NCBI GenBank assembly: GCA_003194425.1
Contig: PQXB01000001.1
Coordinates: forward strand, 1-32,000
DNA from: Candidatus Methanophagaceae archaeon
GTDB lineage: Archaea > Halobacteriota > Syntropharchaeia > Alkanophagales > Methanospirareceae
DNA length: 32,000 bases
Direction: 5' to 3'
Shown here: positions 8,618 through 16,657 of the stretch, in pieces
How the letters are laid out: every line of letters begins with the position of its first letter
How positions within the stretch are numbered: position 1 is the first letter of the stretch
Translations under genes and position numbers: made by a program
Notes under the pieces: model-generated
What the model saw: only the letters and a program-made list of their open reading frames with translations
Told to the model about the DNA's origin: nothing
Databases searched by the model: none

Positions 8618-9439
8618 TTACTTCCCTCCTCCTCTTTCATAATGTGCCCATTTAACTTCTCTACGCCCGCCTTTTTTTGGTTTTGCGTCAGGCTTTCGCA
8701 TAATAAACAAATATTTGAAACCTCGTAGAAAAAAGTTGAATTTCCTCGCTCTGTAGTACCAGACCGCGGTGTTCGACGCTTGACCTCTGCGGACCACGCA
8801 AATAATATCCACAGTCTCAAAATATTTGCACAACCGCTCGTAAACCAAGAAGCCGACAGGAGTGAATTTCTTTTTTACCCACTGGTCGCCAATCAGCCAG
8901 CCAAGCACTTTGCCAGGCTTCAAAATCCTGCAGCATTCGCCCATCGCCTTCTCCAACTCGTCAAAGAACCGCTCCTCTTCGCACGAAATCTTGCCTATGC
9001 AGGCGGGATGATCGTTGTATTTTAGGTTGTCTGAATACGGCGAATCCACGAAGACCAAGTCAGCGGTTTCCTCTTCCAACGGTATTTCTCTTGCGTCGTT
9101 CTGAATAATATCGGAGCGAGCAGGAGCAATGTCAAAACAGACAGCCTTGCGTCCCTCTTCTTCGCAGACATCAATCGTCGTCCCGCTTCCACACATTGGG
9201 TCAACGACCAAGTCGCCAGGTTTTGTGTACCTTTGAACCAGATTGTAAATAATAAAGGCAGGAGTGACGCCGGGATATTTGTTATTTCCTTTTGGTCTTT
9301 TGCCGTAACTCTGCGTTGGGTAGTCCCACAGCGTTGTAGCCTCCACAAGCGGTTTCTTTTCTCCTTCTTTTTCTTCCGCTTCTGCTGCCTCAACCTCTTC
9401 TTCAAAGAGTGGTAACTGCTTGTTTCCTTTCCTATTCAT
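8618..9439 (-). CDS. DNA methyltransferase, amino (N6-adenine or N4-cytosine) type
   Basis: 273 aa. The AdoMet motif I (YPGVTPAFIIYNLVQRYTKPGDLVVDPMCGSGTT) precedes catalytic motif IV (ADLVFVDSPYSDN). This is permuted relative to the beta class, where DPPY comes first. The N-terminus is acidic and low-complexity. Confidence 0.8.
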   Translation of the reverse strand: MNRKGNKQLPLFEEEVEAAEAEEKEGEKKPLVEATTLWDYPTQSYGKRPKGNNKYPGVTPAFIIYNLVQRYTKPGDLVVDPMCGSGTTIDVCEEEGRKAVCFDIAPARSDIIQNDAREIPLEEETADLVFVDSPYSDNLKYNDHPACIGKISCEEERFFDELEKAMGECCRILKPGKVLGWLIGDQWVKKKFTPVGFLVYERLCKYFETVDIICVVRRGQASNTAVWYYRARKFNFFLRGFKYLFIMRKPDAKPKKGGRREVKWAHYERGGGK

Positions 9440-9473
9440 TTAGTTCTCTCCCCCTACCCTCATTTCAGCGTCT

Positions 9474-11345
9474 TCAATACTTACCTAAAGAGAGAAAGGA
9501 TTTAAATATTTCTTCTTCCTTTAGGACGGAAATCCCCAACCGACCCAAAGTGGCTTCGGTAGGCACACCGTCCTCGTCCCACCCGCGCGCACGGTAGTAC
9601 TCGCCAAGCGTCTTTAAAAACTCCTCCCGCTCGACCACCCGCCCGTTCACCTGCTCCTCAAAGAACCGCTTGGGCAGAGAGTCGTCTTCCCTCGAAAAGC
9701 CTGCCCTCAAGTTGTAAAGCCGTTCCAGATTCCAAATCCGCTCGCCGACGAGCATTAAGTCCTCGGAAGTGTAGTCCACCCCCGTTACGGCGGTCAAAAT
9801 GTTCGCGTACTCCTCCTCGCCCGCGCCGAAGAAAGCGAACTTGCAGACAACGAGCGAGTCGACCGCAGCGAAACGGTCTTGAAAAATCTTTGTGTGTCCT
9901 GCCTTGCCTGCGAGCGTGTAGGGGTCGATTGCCTTCGGCTTCCGCAGAATCTCGGGAGCGACGAGGTAAGCCCTGGTGTGGCAGCCGCCGCGGTTGGAGG
10001 TGGCGTAGCTGAAGCCCAACCCTTTCACGCCGCGGGGGTCGTAAGCAGGGAGTTCAAGCCCCTTCACCTGAACCCCCGCCTCTGGCTGCCCTTCGGCAGC
10101 CGCAAAAATCCTCGCTCCCCTGCCGAGCCGCTCGCCAAGCCCCTCTTCCCGCTCCCCGATTTTCCTCACCAACCCCAAAAGTTCAGCACCCGAGACGCCC
10201 GAATTCCGCAGTTCAGAGTAGCAGCCCAGAACGCCGGCGACCGAAATCGTGTCCAAGCCGTAGTCGTTGCAGAGCCGGTTCGCCTCAACGACCGCCTCGT
10301 AGTTCGGTTTTTGACTCTGAAGTGTCTGAATATTCGGACCAAACAGACCGACGGTCTCGTACTCCGGCAGCTCCCTGCCTTCTCTGTCCTCTCGTCTGCA
10401 CGCGATTGGGCAGGAGTAGCACGCCCTTCTTCTCGGCGAATATTTCTCGGCGACGGTCGTTGCAAAAAACTGCGTCAGGTCAAACTGCGTCAAGTCAAAC
10501 CCCTGCTCTAGCGCAGGCTCAGGCACAGACCTCCTGAAATTCGCGAAAGGCAGAATTTTCATCCAACTCGTTATTTTTACCAAGAACGGCGTTCCAAAGA
10601 CCGAGAGCCCTTTGCTTACCGTTGGGGAGGCGACGAGTAGCCGGTTAACCGCCCGCTTCTGCCTTGAAAATTCCGCAGAGTCGCAAACCTCCACTTTACC
10701 CCTGCCCTTCACCACGACCGCCTTCAGGTTCTTCGAGCCGAACACCGCCCCCACGCCGCCACGCCCGAAAGCGTGAACCCCGCCGCCGTCCGAGACTGAA
10801 ATTACCGACGCCAAATTCACGAGCCTCTCGCCTGCCCTCCCGATGCAGACTACGGTGCCCTTACTGCCCGCGTTTTTCAGAAGCTTCGCAGTCTCTTTGA
10901 CATTCCTACCCCACAACGACAACGACTCTGCTGATTTTACTTCCACCCTCTCGTCCTCCACCTCAACAAAGACCGGCTCTGTGTCTGGCGACTTGCCAAC
11001 GACAACTAACGCGTCGTAGCCCGCCTTCTTCAACTCAGGACCAAACGAGCCACCGCAGTTAGAGTCGAAAATCGTCCCAGTCAAAGGCGACTTCGTGGAG
11101 AGCGAGACTCTGCCCGAGGCTGGTGTTGTAGTGCCTGTCAAGGGACCTGCGGCAAAGACAAGCGGGTTTTCCGGCGAGAGGGCGTCCACCTCTCCGGCGT
11201 CGTAAACTATTTTCGCTCCGAGCCCACGCCCTCCAAGATATTTCTTGAGCAGCGACGAAGCGGGCGTGAAGCTCTTTATTCGCCCTTCAGAGAGGTCTAT
11301 TTTTAGTATTTTGTTCCGCCAGCCGCCCCCGTCCAAGTCAGTCAT
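9474..11345 (-). CDS. aor: Aldehyde:ferredoxin oxidoreductase family (tungstopterin enzyme)
   Basis: 623 aa. The N-terminus is GWRNKILKIDLSEGRI. The [4Fe-4S] ligand cluster is ACYSCPIAC. SYATSNRGGCHTRAY and an AOR-type C-terminal domain are present. Confidence 0.9.
   Translation of the reverse strand: MTDLDGGGWRNKILKIDLSEGRIKSFTPASSLLKKYLGGRGLGAKIVYDAGEVDALSPENPLVFAAGPLTGTTTPASGRVSLSTKSPLTGTIFDSNCGGSFGPELKKAGYDALVVVGKSPDTEPVFVEVEDERVEVKSAESLSLWGRNVKETAKLLKNAGSKGTVVCIGRAGERLVNLASVISVSDGGGVHAFGRGGVGAVFGSKNLKAVVVKGRGKVEVCDSAEFSRQKRAVNRLLVASPTVSKGLSVFGTPFLVKITSWMKILPFANFRRSVPEPALEQGFDLTQFDLTQFFATTVAEKYSPRRRACYSCPIACRREDREGRELPEYETVGLFGPNIQTLQSQKPNYEAVVEANRLCNDYGLDTISVAGVLGCYSELRNSGVSGAELLGLVRKIGEREEGLGERLGRGARIFAAAEGQPEAGVQVKGLELPAYDPRGVKGLGFSYATSNRGGCHTRAYLVAPEILRKPKAIDPYTLAGKAGHTKIFQDRFAAVDSLVVCKFAFFGAGEEEYANILTAVTGVDYTSEDLMLVGERIWNLERLYNLRAGFSREDDSLPKRFFEEQVNGRVVEREEFLKTLGEYYRARGWDEDGVPTEATLGRLGISVLKEEEIFKSFLSLGKY
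10470..10499. repeat. In-frame tandem duplication 2 x 15 nt inside AOR (FDLTQ FDLTQ)
   Basis: ctgcgtcaggtcaaa (10470-10484) and ctgcgtcaagtcaaa (10485-10499) differ at one position. Confidence 0.9.
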
Positions 11346-11363
11346 TTATTTACCAAACATAAT

Positions 11364-11720
11364 TCAGCAGGTCAAGTGCAAAGCAGCCGCGACTTTTTTG
11401 GACTTCGAGAGGCGGTTGTAGGTCTCGCAAGCCCTCGCGGTCGGCTCAGCGATTAACTCTACGCCCTCAGTCTCGGCGAATTCCCTCGCCTCTGGCAGAA
11501 CTTTCAGCACTCCGTACTTCCCAGTCCCCACAATTAGCACCTCCAGCTTCTCTTTGCCTTTGCTCCCGACCCTTACCACCGCACTAACATCCTCTCTGCG
11601 AAGAGCGTGTCCCTCTTTCCGCTGCCACCCTGCCTCGACCCTGTCGGGAAAAATAATCAGGTCGCTCGTGTACGCCCGCCCGTTCACGACAATCCTGCCG
11701 AACTCGTAAGCCTCGATCAT
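11364..11720 (-). CDS. Mth938-like domain protein (DUF498/COG1504)
   Basis: 118 aa. The pattern [30 protein letters not shown]....[16 protein letters not shown]......[17 protein letters not shown]......AAALHLTC matches this family. Its ATG overlaps the purE stop (ATGA at 11717-11720). Confidence 0.65.
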   Translation of the reverse strand: MIEAYEFGRIVVNGRAYTSDLIIFPDRVEAGWQRKEGHALRREDVSAVVRVGSKGKEKLEVLIVGTGKYGVLKVLPEAREFAETEGVELIAEPTARACETYNRLSKSKKVAAALHLTC

Positions 11721-12163
11721 TTTCTTCGTTGCGAAAGGTTCAGTATTCGCACTGCGAGCAGAGCCGCGTTCGCACCGCTGTCAATTCCCACCACCGCCAC
11801 CGGAACGCCCGAAGGCATCTGCACCATCGAGAGCAGCGCGTCCAGCCCACCCAGCGACTTACCGCTCACCGGAACGCCGACGACTGGCTTCTCGGTCTTT
11901 GACGCCACTACGCCAGGCAGAGCCGCCGAGAGCCCTGCAATCGTGATAAACACCGCCACCGAACCGTCCTCCTCCTTCTCCTCCTCCTTCTCCTCTAAAT
12001 ATTTGTCCAGCGCCTTGGGGTTCCGGTGTGCAGAAATCACCCGCACCTCGTAAGCGACTTTCCGCTCCTCCAAGACCTTCACCGCCTTTTCCGCCACTGC
12101 TCTGTCGCTCTCTGAGCCCAAAATTATCGCTACTTTTTGCACTTCCTTCTGCTCCTTTTTCAC
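11717..12163 (-). CDS. purE: PurE, N5-carboxyaminoimidazole ribonucleotide mutase / AIR carboxylase catalytic subunit
   Basis: 148 aa. [18 protein letters not shown] (SAHR, class I-like) and [28 protein letters not shown] are present. There is an acidic insert, [11 protein letters not shown]. Confidence 0.9.
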   Translation of the reverse strand: MKKEQKEVQKVAIILGSESDRAVAEKAVKVLEERKVAYEVRVISAHRNPKALDKYLEEKEEEKEEDGSVAVFITIAGLSAALPGVVASKTEKPVVGVPVSGKSLGGLDALLSMVQMPSGVPVAVVGIDSGANAALLAVRILNLSQRRK

Positions 12164-12169
12164 TTTGCT

Positions 12170-13177
12170 TCACCCCTCCGCCCGCTCCTCTAACAGACAG
12201 GCAAACTCCTCCGTGTCCCGCATCTTCTTCAATTCCTCCTTCTCAATCAGAACCGTGTTCTCAATCTGCACCCGCCTGACCTTTCCGTTCACGACGAAGA
12301 CCGACTTCGTTCTCGTAACCTCCGAGAGACTGCTTGTTATTTTCGCTCGTTTTATCATTCGGGCGGTGTACTTGCTTACTCCTGTCAGAATTTTCACGCC
12401 TCCACTTTCTGAAACAGCACTAAAAGGGGCATAGGCAGTTCTAAAAATCTCGAACCCGATTTCTTCCAACACCCCTAAAATATCCTTCTCTAACCCCGAA
12501 CACGCTTCTTCTACTCCCGCTCCCGCTCTCACCCCCCCTTCCGCTCTCGCCTCCGCTCTCGCCTCCGCTCTCGCCTCTGCTCCTAACGCGGACAAAGGAG
12601 AGGGTCTTTCAGACTTTAAAAAATCCAACGGCACAATTAACCCTACCCGCAAAATCTCCTCGAGTCGCAGTGCAATTTCTACCGCAGTGCTCGCCCCGCC
12701 TTCCTCGTACTTGCTGACGCTCCGCCTCGAAACCCCCAACTCCGCAGCGACATCGCCCAGTGAAAAATTCTTCTTCTCCCTCGCCTCTCGCATCGCCGCC
12801 CCGTCAATATTTACAAACAATCCCCCGGTGGCGGAATAAACGAGCGGCTGCACGCCTTCGACGAAATGGTCGTACAGGGTGTGTGCGTTCAGAGCGGGAA
12901 TGCCGTACCTGTAGTAGACGACGTCGTCTTCTAAAACAGAGCCTCCCCGCCGCTCGCCCAAGACGATTGGAGAAGCGAGCAGGCAGAACGCCGCCCGTTT
13001 TATGCTCCTCGCCACTTCTTCTCTAAAGCTGTCGATGTTGTGCAATATTTTCGCTAACAGAGTTACTTCCTCACGCCGAGCCGCAAGGTCGAAACTACGG
13101 GCTTCGCACAGGGACGAGACGAGAAAGCCCGCCTCATTCAAAATCCCCTGCACCCGCGCAACCAAATCCTTCTTCAT
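12170..13177 (-). CDS. Archaeal XRE-type HTH transcriptional regulator (COG1395-like)
   Basis: 335 aa. The central helix-turn-helix is FSLGDVAAELGVSRRSVSKYEEG. The N- and C-terminal domains look typical of the conserved euryarchaeal COG1395 family. Its start overlaps the proC stop by 4 nt. Confidence 0.7.
   Translation of the reverse strand: MKKDLVARVQGILNEAGFLVSSLCEARSFDLAARREEVTLLAKILHNIDSFREEVARSIKRAAFCLLASPIVLGERRGGSVLEDDVVYYRYGIPALNAHTLYDHFVEGVQPLVYSATGGLFVNIDGAAMREAREKKNFSLGDVAAELGVSRRSVSKYEEGGASTAVEIALRLEEILRVGLIVPLDFLKSERPSPLSALGAEARAEARAEARAEGGVRAGAGVEEACSGLEKDILGVLEEIGFEIFRTAYAPFSAVSESGGVKILTGVSKYTARMIKRAKITSSLSEVTRTKSVFVVNGKVRRVQIENTVLIEKEELKKMRDTEEFACLLEERAEG
12541..12576. repeat. 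In-frame perfect tandem repeat 3 x 12 nt (ccgctctcgcct) encoding (AEAR)n in the HTH regulator
   Basis: Three identical 12-mers lie at 12541, 12553 and 12565. Degenerate copies flank them. Confidence 0.9.
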
Positions 13178-14142
13178 TTTGAATTCTGATTTTTTATTTG
13201 TCTGTTCTTTTGCTCTGCTATTTCCCTTGCACGCCGTGTCGCAGCAATTACCGCCATCATCATCGCCGCCTTAACAGCCCGCGATTCAAGTGCGTACAAC
13301 CCGCGCACTGTCGTCCCGCCCGGAGAAGCGGTCATTTCTTTTATCGCAGACGGCTTCTCCCCTGCTAAAACCAGCCGTGCAGCCCCAACCGCAGTCTCAG
13401 CCGCAATCGCGAGCGACAATTCGTACGGCAGCCCCTCGTGCACACCGCCCGCCGCCACCGCGTCTAACACCTCGGCGAAGAACGCAATTCCACTGCCACT
13501 CAACCCCGTGACAACGTCCAACTCGCTCTCTTTCACCGAGTGAACAGTGCCAACCGCACTAAAAATCCACTTTGCCAGCTCTTCGTCCTCTTCTGTTGCG
13601 TACTTCCCCCGGCACACCGCAGAGACCGCCTCTCGCACGCGTGCTCCTACATTCGGCATCACACGAACAACCTTCACCCTCGCTCCTTCCCTTCCTTCTA
13701 CCCCTGCCTCTACTCCTGCTTCTGCCTCTACTCCTACTCCTGCTTCTGCCTCTACTCCTTCTCCTACCCCTGCCTCTGCAAACCAGTTCTCTACCGCGCT
13801 TGTCGGCACGCCAGCAGCCACCGAGATCAAAACCTTCTGCCCGCCACTCAGGAACGGTGAAATCTCTTCTACCACCTTTCGCACGTCGTTCGGCTTAACC
13901 GCAAGAATGACCACCTCCGACTTCTCCGCCACCTCCGCGTTGCTCTCGCAGACAACGACTCGTGAGCTTGAAAAAAATCCGAGCCGCTCTTTGTCTACGT
14001 CGCTTAAAAAAATCCTCGCTCCTTCCTCTGCTGCACCCGGTTCAGCAGCAGCCAAGAGCCCGCGAAGAATTGACGCTCCAATGTTTCCCACACCGACAAT
14101 TCCAATTCGCTTCTTCGCTGCCCCTGAATTCCTTGCGTTCAT
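13174..14142 (-). CDS. proC: Pyrroline-5-carboxylate reductase
   Basis: 322 aa. The Rossmann motif is IGIVGVGNIGASILRGL. VVRVMPN and the C-terminal MTASPGGTTVRGLYALE are present. It is about 50 aa longer than typical ProC because of Ala/Glu/Gly/Val-rich inserts. Confidence 0.85.
   Translation of the reverse strand: MNARNSGAAKKRIGIVGVGNIGASILRGLLAAAEPGAAEEGARIFLSDVDKERLGFFSSSRVVVCESNAEVAEKSEVVILAVKPNDVRKVVEEISPFLSGGQKVLISVAAGVPTSAVENWFAEAGVGEGVEAEAGVGVEAEAGVEAGVEGREGARVKVVRVMPNVGARVREAVSAVCRGKYATEEDEELAKWIFSAVGTVHSVKESELDVVTGLSGSGIAFFAEVLDAVAAGGVHEGLPYELSLAIAAETAVGAARLVLAGEKPSAIKEMTASPGGTTVRGLYALESRAVKAAMMMAVIAATRRAREIAEQKNRQIKNQNSK
13711..13758. repeat. In-frame perfect tandem repeat 2 x 24 nt (tactcctgcttctgcctctactcc) inside proC
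   Basis: 13711-13734 is identical to 13735-13758. Related cccctgcctc motifs flank it at 13701 and 13767. It encodes GVEAEAGV-type repeats on the minus strand. Confidence 0.9.
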
Positions 14143-14171
14143 TTTCTTTTAAAAATTGTTTTTATTGTAAA

Positions 14172-14195
14172 ATTTAAAAACAGATTTAAAAACAG
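14172..14195. promoter_or_regulatory. Duplicated AT-rich TATA-like element (2 x 12 nt atttaaaaacag) in the proC/ilvC divergent intergenic region
   Basis: 14172-14183 is identical to 14184-14195. It lies 27-50 nt upstream of the ilvC ATG at 14222. Confidence 0.3.
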
Positions 14196-14221
14196 CAGCA
14201 TAAAAAGAAGCGGTGAGAAAA

Positions 14222-15214
14222 ATGGCGAAGTTGTTTTATGACGAGGACGCGGACTTGGGCGTGCTGTCCGGCAAAACGGTAGCGGTGGTCGGCTACGGGA
14301 ACCAGGGGTCAGCACAGGCACAGAATTTACACGACTCGGGCGTGGAAGTGGTAGTGGGGGTGCGAGAAGGTGGGAAGAGCTGGGAGCGGGCGAGAGCGGA
14401 CGGTTTGAAAGTTGCGACGGTCGAGGACGCTGCGGCAGGGGCGGAGATAATTCACCTGCTCGTGCCGGACGAGGTGCAGTCGCAGGTCTACGAGGCGAGC
14501 ATAAAACCGCACCTCAGCGAAGGAAAGGCTCTGGGCTTCTCGCACGGGTTTAACATCACCTTCGGCTGGATAAAACCGCCGGAGAACATCGATTTAATAA
14601 TGATCGCACCGAAGGGACCCGGATTTATGGTCAGGCAGCTCTACAACGAGGGTTTCGGCGTTCCAGCTCTAATCGCGGTGGAGCAGGACTTCTCGGGCAA
14701 CGCAAAGGCGACTGCGTTGGCACTGGCGAAGGCGATGAATTTCACGAAACCCGGCGTGCTCGAGACCACCTTTTACGAGGAGACCACGAGCGACTTGTTC
14801 GGCGAGCAGGTGGTTCTCTGCGGTGGCGTCTCGGAATTGGTGAAAGCGGGGTTTGAGACGCTTGTTGAGAAGGGCTACCAGCCCGAGGTCGCGTACTTCG
14901 AGTGCCTGCACGAGTTGAAACTCATCACTGATTTGGTGCAGCAGGGCGGGCTGGAATTTATGTGGCAAATGGTCTCCAACACCGCAGAGTTCGGCGGCAG
15001 AACGCGGGGCAGCCGCATAATTTCGGGGGCGACGAAGCAGGAAATGAGGCGGATTTGGGACGAAATCGTGAGCGGTAAGTTCGCAGAGGAGTGGCGAAAG
15101 GAGAGCGAGGGCGGGATGAAATTCTTGCGGGCGGAACGCGAGAAGGAGAAAGAGGAGCAGATTGAAGTGGTTGGACGCAGGATTCGGGAACTCTTTCAGA
15201 CTGCTGCGAGGTAG
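14222..15214 (+). CDS. ilvC: Ketol-acid reductoisomerase (class I)
   Basis: ATG at 14222 gives MAKLFYDEDADL; the track start at 14213 is GTG. VAVVGYGNQGSAQAQNL, GFSHGFNI and LFGEQVVLCGG are present. Confidence 0.92.
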   Translation: MAKLFYDEDADLGVLSGKTVAVVGYGNQGSAQAQNLHDSGVEVVVGVREGGKSWERARADGLKVATVEDAAAGAEIIHLLVPDEVQSQVYEASIKPHLSEGKALGFSHGFNITFGWIKPPENIDLIMIAPKGPGFMVRQLYNEGFGVPALIAVEQDFSGNAKATALALAKAMNFTKPGVLETTFYEETTSDLFGEQVVLCGGVSELVKAGFETLVEKGYQPEVAYFECLHELKLITDLVQQGGLEFMWQMVSNTAEFGGRTRGSRIISGATKQEMRRIWDEIVSGKFAEEWRKESEGGMKFLRAEREKEKEEQIEVVGRRIRELFQTAAR

Positions 15215-15221
15215 TTTTTAA

Positions 15222-15734
15222 TCAGTCCACCACCAGCTCCACCCCGTACTCCTTCTTGAGAAACGCGAAGACATCGGCTCGGTTTATTCGCTGCCTGTTC
15301 TGGAGTTTCTTCTTCTGAATCTTCCGCTCTTTTATTCGGTAGCCCGGTCGTTTTAGCGAGACCGAGACATCCATTCCGAAAATTCCCACCGCTGGGTCGT
15401 AGCGAATTCCGAAGTCGGTGTGCTCTGCGACACCGAACGAGAAGTTGCCGTAGCTGTCAAACTGGCTCTCAAAAAGTCGGTTCTGAATCTTGAAACTCCG
15501 TTTTAGGAACTCCGCTGCACGCTCCTTTCTGAGCGTGACCTTGCAAGAAATCGGCTCGCCCTTTTTTATGCTGAACGGCTGAATGCTTCTTTTCGCCTGC
15601 AGTTTAATCGGCTTCTGACCTGCAATTTTTTCTAACAGCCTCTCCGCCTTCGCCAACTTCTCTCCGCTCTCGCCCACACCCATATTTATCACTACCTTCT
15701 CTACTTTTACCAGCCTCATCGGATTTTCCGCCAT
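15222..15734 (-). CDS. rpl5: Ribosomal protein uL5 (L5)
   Basis: 170 aa. NPMRLVKVEKVVINMGVGESG and GMDVSVSLKRPGYRI are present. Confidence 0.92.
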   Translation of the reverse strand: MAENPMRLVKVEKVVINMGVGESGEKLAKAERLLEKIAGQKPIKLQAKRSIQPFSIKKGEPISCKVTLRKERAAEFLKRSFKIQNRLFESQFDSYGNFSFGVAEHTDFGIRYDPAVGIFGMDVSVSLKRPGYRIKERKIQKKKLQNRQRINRADVFAFLKKEYGVELVVD

Positions 15735-15770
15735 TTTTTCCTCCTTCTCCTATTTAACCCCCTCCACTTC

Positions 15771-16577
15771 CTATTTAACCCCCGCCGCTCCCGCTGCTAC
15801 TTCTACCGCCGCTACCTCTACTTTCTCTTCTCCAACCACAAAAACATAATCCTCAATCGTCTCAAACTCAAAACTTTCTCCGCCTTCCTTCTTTCCACCG
15901 CCGTTACCGCGGTCGTTAAGAAGTTTTATCTTCACCACATTTGGCTCGGGACTTCGCACCTTTCTTATCTCCGCGATTTCGCCGGTCTGAGCCGAGTGCT
16001 TCCCCCCTACGACCATCACTTTGCTCCCCTCTTTGTACGCGAAGTGCTGCAATATTTGGTTCTCAGGAACGGAAATCAGCAACGAGTCGTGCGTTTTTAT
16101 CTTCGTTCCCTCCCCCTCCACAGCCTCCTCTCCCAGCAGAATATTCCTACCGTCGTGCAGGTTCAACTGCGTCCGCCCTTCTCTTAAGACCCTCTTCCCG
16201 TTCACGCGGCAGAGTTTCTTGGACGCTTCCCTTTCCTCCGTCGCCTCGGTCTCCACCAGTCTCAGCCGCCCTTTTTTGTCCAACAGCACCAAATAATCGG
16301 CTTTTACAGCGGGAACAGAAAGAATGTCAAAGATGCCGACGGGAAACTTGTGGTCTCTTCTCTCCTTGCCGTTAACCACGACATTGCCCTCGTTCAGTAC
16401 TCTCCTCGCTTCTCTGCTACTGTCCGCCAACTTCAAAATGTCCCGCACGATCAAAAGCAAAGGCAAACTTCTCTCCCCTGGGTGCGGTCCTGGTCTTGGC
16501 TTCACCGTCCAGTAGGCTGTCTTCCGCTCTATTCGCCAGCTACGCGGCGCTGCTATTCTCTTCTGATGTCTTCCCAT
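15771..16577 (-). CDS. rps4e: Ribosomal protein eS4 (S4e)
   Basis: 268 aa. The N-terminus is MGRHQKRIAAPRSWRIERKTAYWTVKPRPGPH. S4 and KOW regions are present. Low-complexity inserts (GNGGGKKEGGE, a VEVAAVEVAAGAAG tail) are also present. Confidence 0.92.
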   Translation of the reverse strand: MGRHQKRIAAPRSWRIERKTAYWTVKPRPGPHPGERSLPLLLIVRDILKLADSSREARRVLNEGNVVVNGKERRDHKFPVGIFDILSVPAVKADYLVLLDKKGRLRLVETEATEEREASKKLCRVNGKRVLREGRTQLNLHDGRNILLGEEAVEGEGTKIKTHDSLLISVPENQILQHFAYKEGSKVMVVGGKHSAQTGEIAEIRKVRSPEPNVVKIKLLNDRGNGGGKKEGGESFEFETIEDYVFVVGEEKVEVAAVEVAAGAAGVK

Positions 16578-16657
16578 TTCTCTTCACTTCTTTAGTAAAG
16601 CCTTCTTTACTCTTAACTTTTCTTTCGCTTCGCTAAAAAAGAGACTTCTGGTTGATT

